Source of the DNA: an uncultured Gammaproteobacteria bacterium
GTDB taxonomy: Bacteria > Pseudomonadota > Gammaproteobacteria > Steroidobacterales > Rariloculaceae
Assembly (NCBI GenBank): GCA_964503125.1
Contig: CAZCZE010000039.1
Coordinates: 67,203 to 131,202 of the forward strand
Length of the DNA: 64,000 nt
Reading direction: 5' to 3'
Shown: positions 1-9,072 of the stretch, one piece after another
How the letters are laid out: each line of letters opens with the position of its first letter
How positions within the stretch are numbered: the stretch's first letter is position 1
The notes under the pieces: model-generated
Told to the model about the DNA's origin: nothing
The model's database searches: none
What the model saw: only the letters and a program-made list of their open reading frames with translations
Position numbers and translations under genes: made by a program

Positions 1-1171
1 GCGTCGGCGCGTTGCGGATGTGCACCGGCACGGCCTCGGCCGGATGCGCTCGCGCCGCTTCGAGCGCTCCGCCGAACGCGGAATAGACGCGGTTCGATTT
101 CGGCGCCGTGGCGAGATACACGAGCGCTTCGGCAATCGCAAGGTCGCCTTCCGGCGAACCCAGGAAATGATACGCGTCCTTGGCGGCGAGCGCGATGGAC
201 AGCCCGCGCGGATCGGCGAGGCCGATGTCCTCGACGGCCATGCGCACGACGCGGCGCGCGACGTACAGCAAATCCTCGCCGCCTTCGACCATGCGCGCGA
301 ACCAGTAGAGCGCAGCGTCGGGATCGCTACCGCGCACGGACTTGTGGAGCGCCGACATCAGGTTGAAATGCTGCTCGCCGCTCTTGTCGTAAAGCGCGAC
401 GCGGCGCTCGAGGACCGCCGCCACCTGCGCGGCCGTGACGGGCACGTCGTCGTGCTGCGTGCGCGCAAGGTGGTCGAGCAGGGCTTCGACGGTGTTGAGC
501 GCGCGTCGCGCGTCGCCGTCGGCGTGCCGCACGAGCAGCTCGACGGCGTCGGCGCCGAGCGTGGGGGCTAGCTCAAGCTCGCGCGCGAGCGCCGCTTGCG
601 CGCGTGCGAGGATCGCGGCGATCGCTTCGGGCGCGAGCGGCTGGAGCACGAACACGCGCAGGCGGGAGAGCAGCGCCGAGTTGAGCTCGAACGAGGGGTT
701 CTCGGTCGTCGCGCCGATGAGCGTGATGACGCCCGCCTCGACGGACGGCAGGAACGCATCCTGCTGCGCGCGGTTGAAGCGATGGATCTCGTCGCAGAAC
801 AGGATCGTGCCGCGTGCCGTCGTCCGGCGGCGCTGCTCGGCCTCGCGAATGATCTCGCGCACGCGCGGCACGCCTTCGGTGACGGCGCTGAAGGTCACGA
901 ACTCCTTGTCCGTGTACCGCGCCACAAGACGGGCCAACGTGGTTTTGCCGCACCCCGGCGGCCCCCAGAGCACCATGCTCGCGACCGCGCCTTGCTCGAT
1001 GGCCTCGCGCAGCGGTTTGCCGGGAGCCAAGAGGTCGTCGTGACCGAGGAAGTCGTCGAACGATTCGGGCCGCAAGCGGTACGCGAGCGGGGCCGCCGTG
1101 CCGGCCGCTTCGACGGGCGCGGCGGGGAATAGCGCGAGCTCCTCGGTCACTTCGATACCTCTGGCCCGCAT
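1..1171 (-). CDS. rarA: Replication-associated recombination protein A (RarA/MgsA AAA+ ATPase); C-terminal end runs off the window
   Basis: Not in the ORF track because it leaves the window. Own minus-strand translation from ATG 1171..1169: MRARGIEVTEEL..FLGHDDLLAPGKPLREAIEQGAVASMVLWGPPGCGKTTLARLVA..ILFCDEIHRFNRAQQDAFLPSVEAGVITLIGATTENPSFELNSALLSR. This shows Walker A, Walker B and the RarA-type TTENP motif. Confidence 0.85.
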   Translation of the reverse strand, partial: MRARGIEVTEELALFPAAPVEAAGTAAPLAYRLRPESFDDFLGHDDLLAPGKPLREAIEQGAVASMVLWGPPGCGKTTLARLVARYTDKEFVTFSAVTEGVPRVREIIREAEQRRRTTARGTILFCDEIHRFNRAQQDAFLPSVEAGVITLIGATTENPSFELNSALLSRLRVFVLQPLAPEAIAAILARAQAALARELELAPTLGADAVELLVRHADGDARRALNTVEALLDHLARTQHDDVPVTAAQVAAVLERRVALYDKSGEQHFNLMSALHKSVRGSDPDAALYWFARMVEGGEDLLYVARRVVRMAVEDIGLADPRGLSIALAAKDAYHFLGSPEGDLAIAEALVYLATAPKSNRVYSAFGGALEAARAHPAEAVPVHIRNAPT

Positions 1172-1208
1172 TCTACTGTCTCGGGCGGGGCGTGACGCCC
1201 TTCCCGGT

Positions 1209-3155
1209 ATGAGCCTGGCCCGCCAATGCTACACTCGGCCGATGGTCAGCATAGGGACAGGCCGGGACCGCGCGGCCCGGGGTGCGGCCCTCTGCGCCGT
1301 CGTCGCCGCGGCGTGCTGCGCCGTCGTCGCCGCCACGGCTCAAGAGGAACGCGAGACGCGCAAGGCCCCGTTGCACGGCAAGCACTGGGTGGCGATCACG
1401 GGCAAACCGTTGGCCGCCACCGCGGGCGCCATGACGTTCGCGCGCGGCGGCAACGCCGTCGACGCCGCCTGCGCCATGCTCGCCGCCGCCGCCACGATGT
1501 GGGACACGCTCCACTGGGGCGGCGAGACGCAGGCGCTGATCTTCGATCCGCGCGCCAACAAGGTGCGCGCCATCAACGCTCTCGGCGTCGCGCCGACGGG
1601 CGCAACGCCCGAGTTCTTCCGCTCGCGCGGCATGGCCGGGCCGCCCGAGTTCGGTCCGCTCGCGGCCGTCACGCCCGGCACTCCGGGCGGTTTGCTCGTC
1701 ATGCTCGCGGAGTTCGGCACGCTGAGCCTCGCCGAGGTGCTCGAGCCCGCAATGCAAATGGCGGCCGGCTATCCCATGGAGCAGACGCAGAGCGTCAATA
1801 TCGAGAGCGACAAGGAGTGGCTGTTGCGTTGGGAAGCCTCCCGGCGCGTGCTGCTGCCGAACCTCGATCCGAAACGCCCGCAGTCGTGGGCGGCGCCGTT
1901 GCCCGGGCAGATCTTCGAGCAGCCGGAGCTGCTCGCGACGCTGACCAAGCTCGTCGATGCCGAGAAAGAGGCGCTCGCGGCCGGCAAGGACCGCAAGGCG
2001 GCGATCCTGGCTGCCTACGAGCGCTTCTATCGCGGCGACATCGCGCGCGATCTCGTCGCGGCCACGCAAGCCGCCGGCGGCCTCATCACGCTCGACGACC
2101 TCGATCGCTGGCAGGTCTACGTCGAGGACCCCGTCGTCACGAGCTACAAGGGCATCGACGTCTACAAGCTCGACACTTGGGTGCAGGGCCCGGTGCTGCT
2201 GCAGACGCTCAACCTCCTCGAGAACGCCGATCTGCGCTCGATGGGCTACAACAGCGCGCGCTACATCCACACGCTCTACCAAGCGATGAACCTCGCGTTC
2301 GCCGACCGTGACTTCTATTACGGCGATCCGTACGTGCCGCCCGTCGAGCCGATCCGTGGGTTGCTCTCGAAGGAATACGCGCGCAAGCGTTTCGCCGAGA
2401 TCGACGGGGACGAGAACAACCCGTTCGTGCGCCCCGGCGATCCGTATCCGTACCAGGGCGAGACGAATCCCTACCGCGCGTTGCTCGATACGTGGCGGCC
2501 GCGCATCGCCGAGCCGCGCCGGCGTGCCGAGGTGGGCGCCCTGCCCACGCTCACGCACGACGAGCGGTTCCTCGTCGGCACGACGTCGATCCAAGCCGCA
2601 GACGAGAACGGTTGGGTGGTCTCGATCACGCCGAGCGGCGGCTGGGTGCCGGCGTTCATCGCCGGCAATACCGGCATCGGCTTGTCGCAGCGCATGCAGA
2701 GCTTCGTGCTCGATGCGAAGGACAACCCGTTCAACGTGCTCGCGCCCGGCAAGCGCCCGCGCGCCACCTTGAGCCCGAGCATGGCGTTGCGCGACGGCCA
2801 GCCGTTCTTGTCGTTCGCCGTGCAGGGCGGCGATGCGCAGGATCAGAACCTGTTGCAGTTCTTCTTGAACGTGGTCGAGTTCAAGATGAGCGTGCAGCAA
2901 GCCGTCGAAGCGGCGAACGTCAACAGCTATCAAATGCTCGACTCGTTCGGCGAGCACGCGTCGGAGCCCGGCCGTCTCGTCGTGCGCAACGACACGCCGT
3001 CGTGGGTGCAGGCCGAGCTCGCGCGCATGGGCTATCGCGTCGAAGGTTGGGAGCGCACCTCGGGCCCGATCAACGCGATTCTCATCGATCGCGCTTTGGG
3101 CTCCCTCTGGGGCGGGTCGAGCGACTTCGGCGAAGACTACGGCATCGCCTGGTAG
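1209..3155 (+). CDS. Gamma-glutamyltransferase-family protein, exported
   Basis: ORF 1098..3155 trimmed to in-frame ATG 1209 to clear the rarA start. Hydrophobic leader AALCAVVAAACCAVVAATAQ. GGT-like autoprocessing region LVGTTSIQAADENGWVVSITPSGGW. The start could also be ATG 1242. Confidence 0.75.
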   Translation: MSLARQCYTRPMVSIGTGRDRAARGAALCAVVAAACCAVVAATAQEERETRKAPLHGKHWVAITGKPLAATAGAMTFARGGNAVDAACAMLAAAATMWDTLHWGGETQALIFDPRANKVRAINALGVAPTGATPEFFRSRGMAGPPEFGPLAAVTPGTPGGLLVMLAEFGTLSLAEVLEPAMQMAAGYPMEQTQSVNIESDKEWLLRWEASRRVLLPNLDPKRPQSWAAPLPGQIFEQPELLATLTKLVDAEKEALAAGKDRKAAILAAYERFYRGDIARDLVAATQAAGGLITLDDLDRWQVYVEDPVVTSYKGIDVYKLDTWVQGPVLLQTLNLLENADLRSMGYNSARYIHTLYQAMNLAFADRDFYYGDPYVPPVEPIRGLLSKEYARKRFAEIDGDENNPFVRPGDPYPYQGETNPYRALLDTWRPRIAEPRRRAEVGALPTLTHDERFLVGTTSIQAADENGWVVSITPSGGWVPAFIAGNTGIGLSQRMQSFVLDAKDNPFNVLAPGKRPRATLSPSMALRDGQPFLSFAVQGGDAQDQNLLQFFLNVVEFKMSVQQAVEAANVNSYQMLDSFGEHASEPGRLVVRNDTPSWVQAELARMGYRVEGWERTSGPINAILIDRALGSLWGGSSDFGEDYGIAW

Positions 3156-3238
3156 GGGTTTAGGCTTCCGTAATTCCCGCCGGCCCGGGCCGTTCGGTAC
3201 AATCCACGCGCATTTTCGCGCTCGCCGGTGGGGGATCG

Positions 3239-3721
3239 ATGGCTTTCTTGGAGTGGCTGCAAAGCACGTGGGTCGGCGTGTTGGTCGCCGAGTCGCTCTG
3301 GGGATACCCGCTGTTCGAGACGATCCACACGATCGGCATGGCCATGCTGATCGGCTCGCTCGGGCTCATCAATCTGCGCGTCTTGGGCTACAAGCCCGAG
3401 CTGCCGATGCTCGGCACGCGGCAGTTGCTGCCGCTCGCGTGGCTCGGTTTTACGCTCAACGCGATCAGCGGCACGTTGTTGTTCACCTCCGACGCCGTCT
3501 ATTTTTTCAGCAGCTGGACGTTCCGCATCAAGATGGTGCTCATCGTTCTCGGCGGCATCAACGCGGCGTTGCTCGGGCAGCGCGTGTTTCGTGACGCGGC
3601 CGCAGCCGCGGGCGCGGCGGCGGCGCCGCCGAACGCCGGCACGAAGTGGATCGCCGTCACGTCGCTCGTGTTCTGGCTCGCGGCCGTCTGCGCGGGCCGG
3701 CTCATCGCGTACACGCCATGA
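3239..3721 (+). CDS. Hypothetical polytopic membrane protein (paralog A of a tandem pair)
   Basis: 160-aa ORF with several hydrophobic helices. N-terminus MAFLEWLQSTWVGVLVAESLWGYPLFETIHTIGMAMLIGSLGLINLRVLG aligns position by position with the next ORF. Confidence 0.75.
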   Translation: MAFLEWLQSTWVGVLVAESLWGYPLFETIHTIGMAMLIGSLGLINLRVLGYKPELPMLGTRQLLPLAWLGFTLNAISGTLLFTSDAVYFFSSWTFRIKMVLIVLGGINAALLGQRVFRDAAAAAGAAAAPPNAGTKWIAVTSLVFWLAAVCAGRLIAYTP

Positions 3722-3769
3722 CGCCGCAGCTCGCCGTTCCTTCCGCTTAACCGCGCCGAGGTCGCTGAC

Positions 3770-4243
3770 ATGGAGTTTCTCACCTGGCTGGAAAGCACCG
3801 CGATCGCGAATGCGATCCGCACGATTCCGTGGCTCTATCCGGCGTTCGAGACGGGGCACTACATCGGGCTGTCGCTGCTCGTCGGCGGCATCATGCTCAT
3901 CGATCTGCGCGTGCTCGGTTTCGCGCGCAGCTTGCCGCTGAAGAGCATGATCGGGCTCTTGCCGTTCGTCTGGGCCGGGTTCGTCATCAACTTGCTCACC
4001 GGCTCGCTGCTGTTCATCTACGGCGCCACGGGCTTCGCGACGAGCGGCGCGTTCCAGCTCAAGATGCTGTTCATGTTGCTCGCAGGCGTGAACGCGCTCG
4101 CGTTCGATGTCGCCGTGCGCCGCTCGGGCGGCGAGTGGGTCGCGGCCGACCGCCCGCCGGTGCTCGTCAAGGGTTTTGCGACGTTGTCGCTCGGGTTCTG
4201 GCTCTGCGTCGTCACCACGGGCCGCTGGATGGCCTATATTTGA
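3770..4243 (+). CDS. Hypothetical polytopic membrane protein (paralog B of a tandem pair)
   Basis: 157-aa ORF. MEFLTWLESTAIANAIRTIPWLYPAFETGHYIGLSLLVGGIMLIDLRVLG is paralogous to 3239..3721. C-terminal GRLIAY / GRWMAY is conserved in both. Confidence 0.75.
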   Translation: MEFLTWLESTAIANAIRTIPWLYPAFETGHYIGLSLLVGGIMLIDLRVLGFARSLPLKSMIGLLPFVWAGFVINLLTGSLLFIYGATGFATSGAFQLKMLFMLLAGVNALAFDVAVRRSGGEWVAADRPPVLVKGFATLSLGFWLCVVTTGRWMAYI

Positions 4244-4325
4244 GCCCGCACGGGCGCCGCGCGAGGCCAGCGTGAGCACGTCGTCCGGCCGCCGTCCCCG
4301 GTACACGCTGCACGACGGCTTTCGC

Positions 4326-5186
4326 ATGCCGATGGGCTTCCCCGTCGCGGGATTCGAGTCCGGGCAACGCTATGCCGCGGCGCCCGGCGACGTCTTCGTC
4401 GTGTCGTATCCGAAATGCGGCACGACCTGGGTGCAGTACATCGTCTATCTGCTGCGGAACGACGCGCGGCCGCTGACGGGCGCGGAGAGCATCAACGACG
4501 TCTTCCCCCATCTCGAGGAGGTGGGGCGCGAGGCCGTTGCGGCACTGCCCGCACCGCGGCTCATCAAGACGCACTTGCCGTTCGCGCGCACGCCGTGGCA
4601 CCCGCGCGCGAAATACATCTACGTGGCGCGCAATCCGTTCGACTGCGCCGTGTCGTTCTATCACCACACGCGCGGCTTCGTGCGGCACTACGACTTCGCC
4701 GACGGCGCGTGGGACGTCTTCTTCGAGTGTTTCCTCGCGGGTGAGGTGGATTTCGGCGACTATTTCGACAACCTGCTGTCGTGGTGGCCGCGCCGCGGCG
4801 AGTCGAACGTGCTGTTTCTCACCTACGAGCGCATGCTCGCCGACCCTGCGGCGGCCGTCACGGCGATTGCGCGCCTGCTCGGCGGCCGCGCCGAGCAGCT
4901 CGCCGCGGATCCGGGCGATCTTACGCGCGTCGTGCGCACGAGCAGCTTCGGCGAGATGCAGCGCGATCAAACCCGTTGGTCGAGCCAACGGCCGGCGGAT
5001 ATGCCAGCATTCGTCCGCAAGGGCGTCATGGGCGACTACGCAAATTACTTCTCGCCGGAGCAGGCGCGTAAACTCGCGGCGAAGATGCAGGCACGCACGA
5101 TGGGGACGGGGATCGAGACTCTTTGGCCCGAGCTTAAGCCCGCCGCGCTGGCCAGAACGTTGGGAGACCGCCATGCAGAGCGATAA
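4326..5186 (+). CDS. PAPS-dependent sulfotransferase (Sulfotransfer_1-like, cytosolic type)
   Basis: ORF 4107..5186 trimmed to in-frame ATG 4326, because the upstream part overlaps the previous gene. 5'-PSB motif YPKCGTTW and 3'-PB motif RKGVMGDYANYFS are present. Confidence 0.8.
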   Translation: MPMGFPVAGFESGQRYAAAPGDVFVVSYPKCGTTWVQYIVYLLRNDARPLTGAESINDVFPHLEEVGREAVAALPAPRLIKTHLPFARTPWHPRAKYIYVARNPFDCAVSFYHHTRGFVRHYDFADGAWDVFFECFLAGEVDFGDYFDNLLSWWPRRGESNVLFLTYERMLADPAAAVTAIARLLGGRAEQLAADPGDLTRVVRTSSFGEMQRDQTRWSSQRPADMPAFVRKGVMGDYANYFSPEQARKLAAKMQARTMGTGIETLWPELKPAALARTLGDRHAER

Positions 5187-5508
5187 AATGACCGAACGCG
5201 ACGAGATCGAGCTCGAGGCCGCCGTGCTGCGGCGTCTGCTGCGTCATTTCGACGAGCGCAAGGACGTCCAGAACATCGAGCTCATGATTCTCGCGGGCTT
5301 CTGCCGCAACTGCCTGAGCAAATGGTTCGTCGAAGCGGCCAAGGACCGCGGCATCGCGGTCGATCTCGACGCGGCGCGCGAGAAGATTTACGGCATGCCG
5401 TACGCAGAGTGGAAGGACCGCCACCAGCCACCCGCGACGGAAGAGCAGCTGGCACGGTTTGCCGCCCTCGAGAAGGCTAAGGCCGAGGAGCCGAAGGGCC
5501 AGAGCTAG
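5173..5508 (+). CDS. DUF1244-family small protein
   Basis: Tail of ORF 4537..5508 from in-frame ATG 5173: MQSDKMTERDEIELEAAVLRRLLRHFDERKDVQNIELMILAGFCRNCLSKWF... Overlaps the sulfotransferase stop by 14 nt. Confidence 0.7.
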   Translation: MQSDKMTERDEIELEAAVLRRLLRHFDERKDVQNIELMILAGFCRNCLSKWFVEAAKDRGIAVDLDAAREKIYGMPYAEWKDRHQPPATEEQLARFAALEKAKAEEPKGQS

Positions 5509-6513
5509 CTAATAGCGGCGCTGGACTGCGAACTGCGCGAGGTCGACGAGCCCGTCGCGGAAACGCGACGGCGCCATGGGCGCGAGCGCGTCGATGGCCT
5601 TGGCGACCTCCTGGCGCGCGCGCTCGGCCGTGTAGCGCAGCCCACCCGAGGTCTCGATCGCGAGCTGGATCGAGGTGAGGTTACGCGTGCCGCCGGTCTC
5701 GATGGCCTCGCGGATCATGTGCCGCTCCGCGGCGCTGCCGTGCGCCAGCGCGTAGATGAGCGGCAGCGTCGGCTTGCCCTCGGCGAGATCGTCGCCGATG
5801 TTCTTGCCGAGCTCCTCGGGCTTGGCGTCGTAGTCGAGCGCGTCGTCGATGAGCTGGAAGGCTTGACCCAGGTGCCGGCCGTAGGTCGCGAGCGCGTGCT
5901 CGATCTCGTCGCTCTGCCGCGCGAGGATGGCGCCGATGCGCGTGCCGGCCTCGAATAGCTTGGCGGTCTTGCGGTAGATGACCTCCATGTAGTCGGCCTC
6001 GCCAATGTCGGGGTTGTTGCAGTTCATGAGCTGCAAGACCTCGCCTTCGGCGATCGTGTTGGTGGCGTTGGCCAGCACGTCGAGGATCCGGATCTCCTTA
6101 AGCTCGACCATCATCTGAAACGAGCGCGAGTAGAGGAAATCGCCGACGAGCACGCTGGCCTGATTGCCGAACATGGCGTTGGCCGTCTGCTGGCCGCGGC
6201 GCAGTCCCGAGCTGTCGACGACGTCGTCGTGGAGCAGCGTCGCCGTGTGGATGAACTCGATGATGGCCGCCGCCGCGACGTGATCCTGGCTGCGGCCGGC
6301 GCCGCAAGCCCGGGCCGCGAGCAGCACGGCGAGCGGCCGCAGGCGCTTGCCGCCATTGTGGATGATGTGGTGGGCGACCTGGTTGACGAGCGCCACGTCG
6401 CTGCCGAGGCGCCGCACGATGGTGCGATTGACCTCGCCCCAATCGTCGCCGACGAGCGCCCGCAGCGCCTCGAGCGAAGGAACGGCCGGATCGGGATTGA
6501 GTAGCTGCGACAC
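5509..6513 (-). CDS. ispB: Octaprenyl-diphosphate synthase (trans-polyprenyl diphosphate synthase)
   Basis: ORF 5509..6804 trimmed to in-frame GTG 6513 (VSQLLNPDPAVPSLEAL..). The N-terminal 97 codons of the track ORF run through a palindromic repeat. First DDxxD motif LLHDDVVD and second FQLIDDALD are present. Length is then 334 aa. Confidence 0.9.
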   Translation of the reverse strand: MSQLLNPDPAVPSLEALRALVGDDWGEVNRTIVRRLGSDVALVNQVAHHIIHNGGKRLRPLAVLLAARACGAGRSQDHVAAAAIIEFIHTATLLHDDVVDSSGLRRGQQTANAMFGNQASVLVGDFLYSRSFQMMVELKEIRILDVLANATNTIAEGEVLQLMNCNNPDIGEADYMEVIYRKTAKLFEAGTRIGAILARQSDEIEHALATYGRHLGQAFQLIDDALDYDAKPEELGKNIGDDLAEGKPTLPLIYALAHGSAAERHMIREAIETGGTRNLTSIQLAIETSGGLRYTAERARQEVAKAIDALAPMAPSRFRDGLVDLAQFAVQRRY

Positions 6514-6569
6514 CCCGCAATTTTGCCTGATCCCACCCCCCACCGCGAGGTTCGAGACCGCGCGGGGTG

Positions 6570-6804
6570 GTGTCTCACTTTGGCCGGGGTCGCCTCGGCG
6601 CAGGCGGCGGGCGCATCTCGATGGCCCCTCCCGAGACACGCCGGAAGACCATCCCTGGGGCTCGTCTGCGCACATCGCCGCCATGGATGGCGGCGTGCAG
6701 CAATAGCAGGAGCGTATTGCTGCCCCTGTGCGCAGACGGTCTCGGGAGGGGCCATCGAGATGCACCCGCCGCTCCCACTCGGGCGCGCGGCCAAAGTGAG
6801 ACAC
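6570..6804. repeat. 235-bp nested imperfect palindrome in the ispB/rplU divergent intergenic region
   Basis: Perfect inverted pairs: 6570-6585/6789-6804 (16 bp, GTGTCTCACTTTGGCC), 6613-6637/6739-6763 (25 bp, GCATCTCGATGGCCCCTCCCGAGAC) and 6665-6674/6727-6736 (10 bp). The centre (6677-6723) is one double-hairpin unit of the family seen at 7549 and 60695. Confidence 0.85.
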
Positions 6805-6821
6805 GACGCCAAAGGGTTACG

Positions 6822-6850
6822 TTGACCGGCCCCCGCCAAGTCTCTAGAAT
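6822..6850 (+). promoter_or_regulatory. Candidate sigma70 promoter of rplU-rpmA
   Basis: TTGACC (6822-6827), 17-nt spacer, TAGAAT (6845-6850), about 50 nt upstream of the rplU start. Confidence 0.55.
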
Positions 6851-6900
6851 TCCGAGCCTTTCCGCCGGGATTCACCCCGGAACGCCCAGGAGCACTCGTC

Positions 6901-7215
6901 GTGTATGCCGTTTTCCGTACCGGCGGTAAGCAATACCGCGCCCGTCAAGGCGACCGCCTGCGCATCGAGCGGCTCGAGGCGGGCGTCGGCGACGCCGTGG
7001 CATTCGACGAAGTGTTGCTGGTCGGCGAGGGCGCCAACGTCAAGGTCGGCGCGCCGCTTCTGAAGGGCGGTAAGGTCGAGGCCAAAGTCGTCGCCCAAGG
7101 GCGAGACGACAAGATCATGATCATCAAGTTCAGGCGCCGTAAGCACTACAAGCGCACTCAGGGTCATCGACAATCGTTCACCGAAGTCGAGATCACGGCA
7201 ATCAGCGGCGCTTGA
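6901..7215 (+). CDS. rplU: 50S ribosomal protein L21
   Basis: [27 protein letters not shown].. is a typical L21 N-terminus. 104 aa, GTG start. Confidence 0.95.
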   Translation: MYAVFRTGGKQYRARQGDRLRIERLEAGVGDAVAFDEVLLVGEGANVKVGAPLLKGGKVEAKVVAQGRDDKIMIIKFRRRKHYKRTQGHRQSFTEVEITAISGA

Positions 7216-7233
7216 GGCATAGGGAGTAGCGAG

Positions 7234-7491
7234 ATGGCACACAAGAAAGCAGGCGGCAGCTCGAAGAACGGCCGCGACTCGGAGTCGAAGCGACTGGGCG
7301 TCAAGCGTTTCGGCGGCGAGCAAGTGCTCGCCGGCAACATCATCGTGCGCCAGCGCGGCACGCAGTATCACGCCGGAGCCAACGTGCGCACGGGCCGGGA
7401 CCACACGCTGTACGCCGCCGCGCCCGGGCGCGTCGCGTTCGCCGTGAAAGGCTCGACGGGCCGGCGTTTCGTGAGCGTGCTCGCCGACTGA
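7234..7491 (+). CDS. rpmA: 50S ribosomal protein L27
   Basis: [43 protein letters not shown].. is the canonical L27 sequence. 85 aa. Confidence 0.95.
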   Translation: MAHKKAGGSSKNGRDSESKRLGVKRFGGEQVLAGNIIVRQRGTQYHAGANVRTGRDHTLYAAAPGRVAFAVKGSTGRRFVSVLAD

Positions 7492-7515
7492 CTTTGCCCG
7501 TGACGGACTTTGCGC

Positions 7516-7547
7516 AAAAAGCCCCGCATCGCGGGGCTTTTTCGTTT
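7516..7547 (+). terminator. Rho-independent terminator after rpmA
   Basis: AAAAAGCCCCGC-ATC-GCGGGGCTTTTTCGTTT: 7-bp GC stem, 3-nt loop, T-run. The A-run upstream makes it potentially bidirectional. Confidence 0.8.
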
Positions 7548-7548
7548 G

Positions 7549-7646
7549 CCCGCCAGGGACGGCGGGCATGCCGCAAATGCAGGAGCAATTTGCGGCTCCC
7601 GCCAGGGATGGCGGGCATGCAGCAAATGCAGGAGCAATTTGCTGCT
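7549..7646 (+). repeat. Two tandem 49-nt double-hairpin repeat units (REP-like family)
   Basis: Units are 7549-7597 and 7598-7646. Each is CCCGCC-AGGGAY-GGCGGG, CATGC, then (C/A)GCAAAT-GCAGGAGCA-ATTTGC(G/T). The two units differ by a compensatory C:G to A:T change in stem B. Confidence 0.85.
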
Positions 7647-7653
7647 CGCCTAG

Positions 7654-8970
<1,317 letters not shown>

Positions 8971-9072
8971 GGGGGTCGTCCGCTCGCGGGCCTAAGGGCC
9001 GGAAAAGGCGGCTATTATTCGAAGCGATCTAAAGCAAGTCAAGCACATAGCGCGCCATAGAATGCCTCCGCG

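Noticed and set aside
1173-2957. 594-aa minus-strand ORF antisense to the GGT-family gene. Similar giants occur at 3137..4327 (-), 11545..14133 (-), 41643..42419 (+), 45744..46934 (-) and 45991..47514 (-).
   Set aside because: These are typical high-GC antisense frames: Arg/Ala/Gly/Pro-rich, low-complexity and without motifs. Each is fully overlapped by a gene with clear family signatures on the other strand.
6514-6804. N-terminal 97-codon extension of the ispB ORF (track start at 6804).
   Set aside because: The extension is translated from the 235-bp palindrome and repeat unit. IspB homology begins at GTG 6513, and the resulting 334-aa length is canonical.
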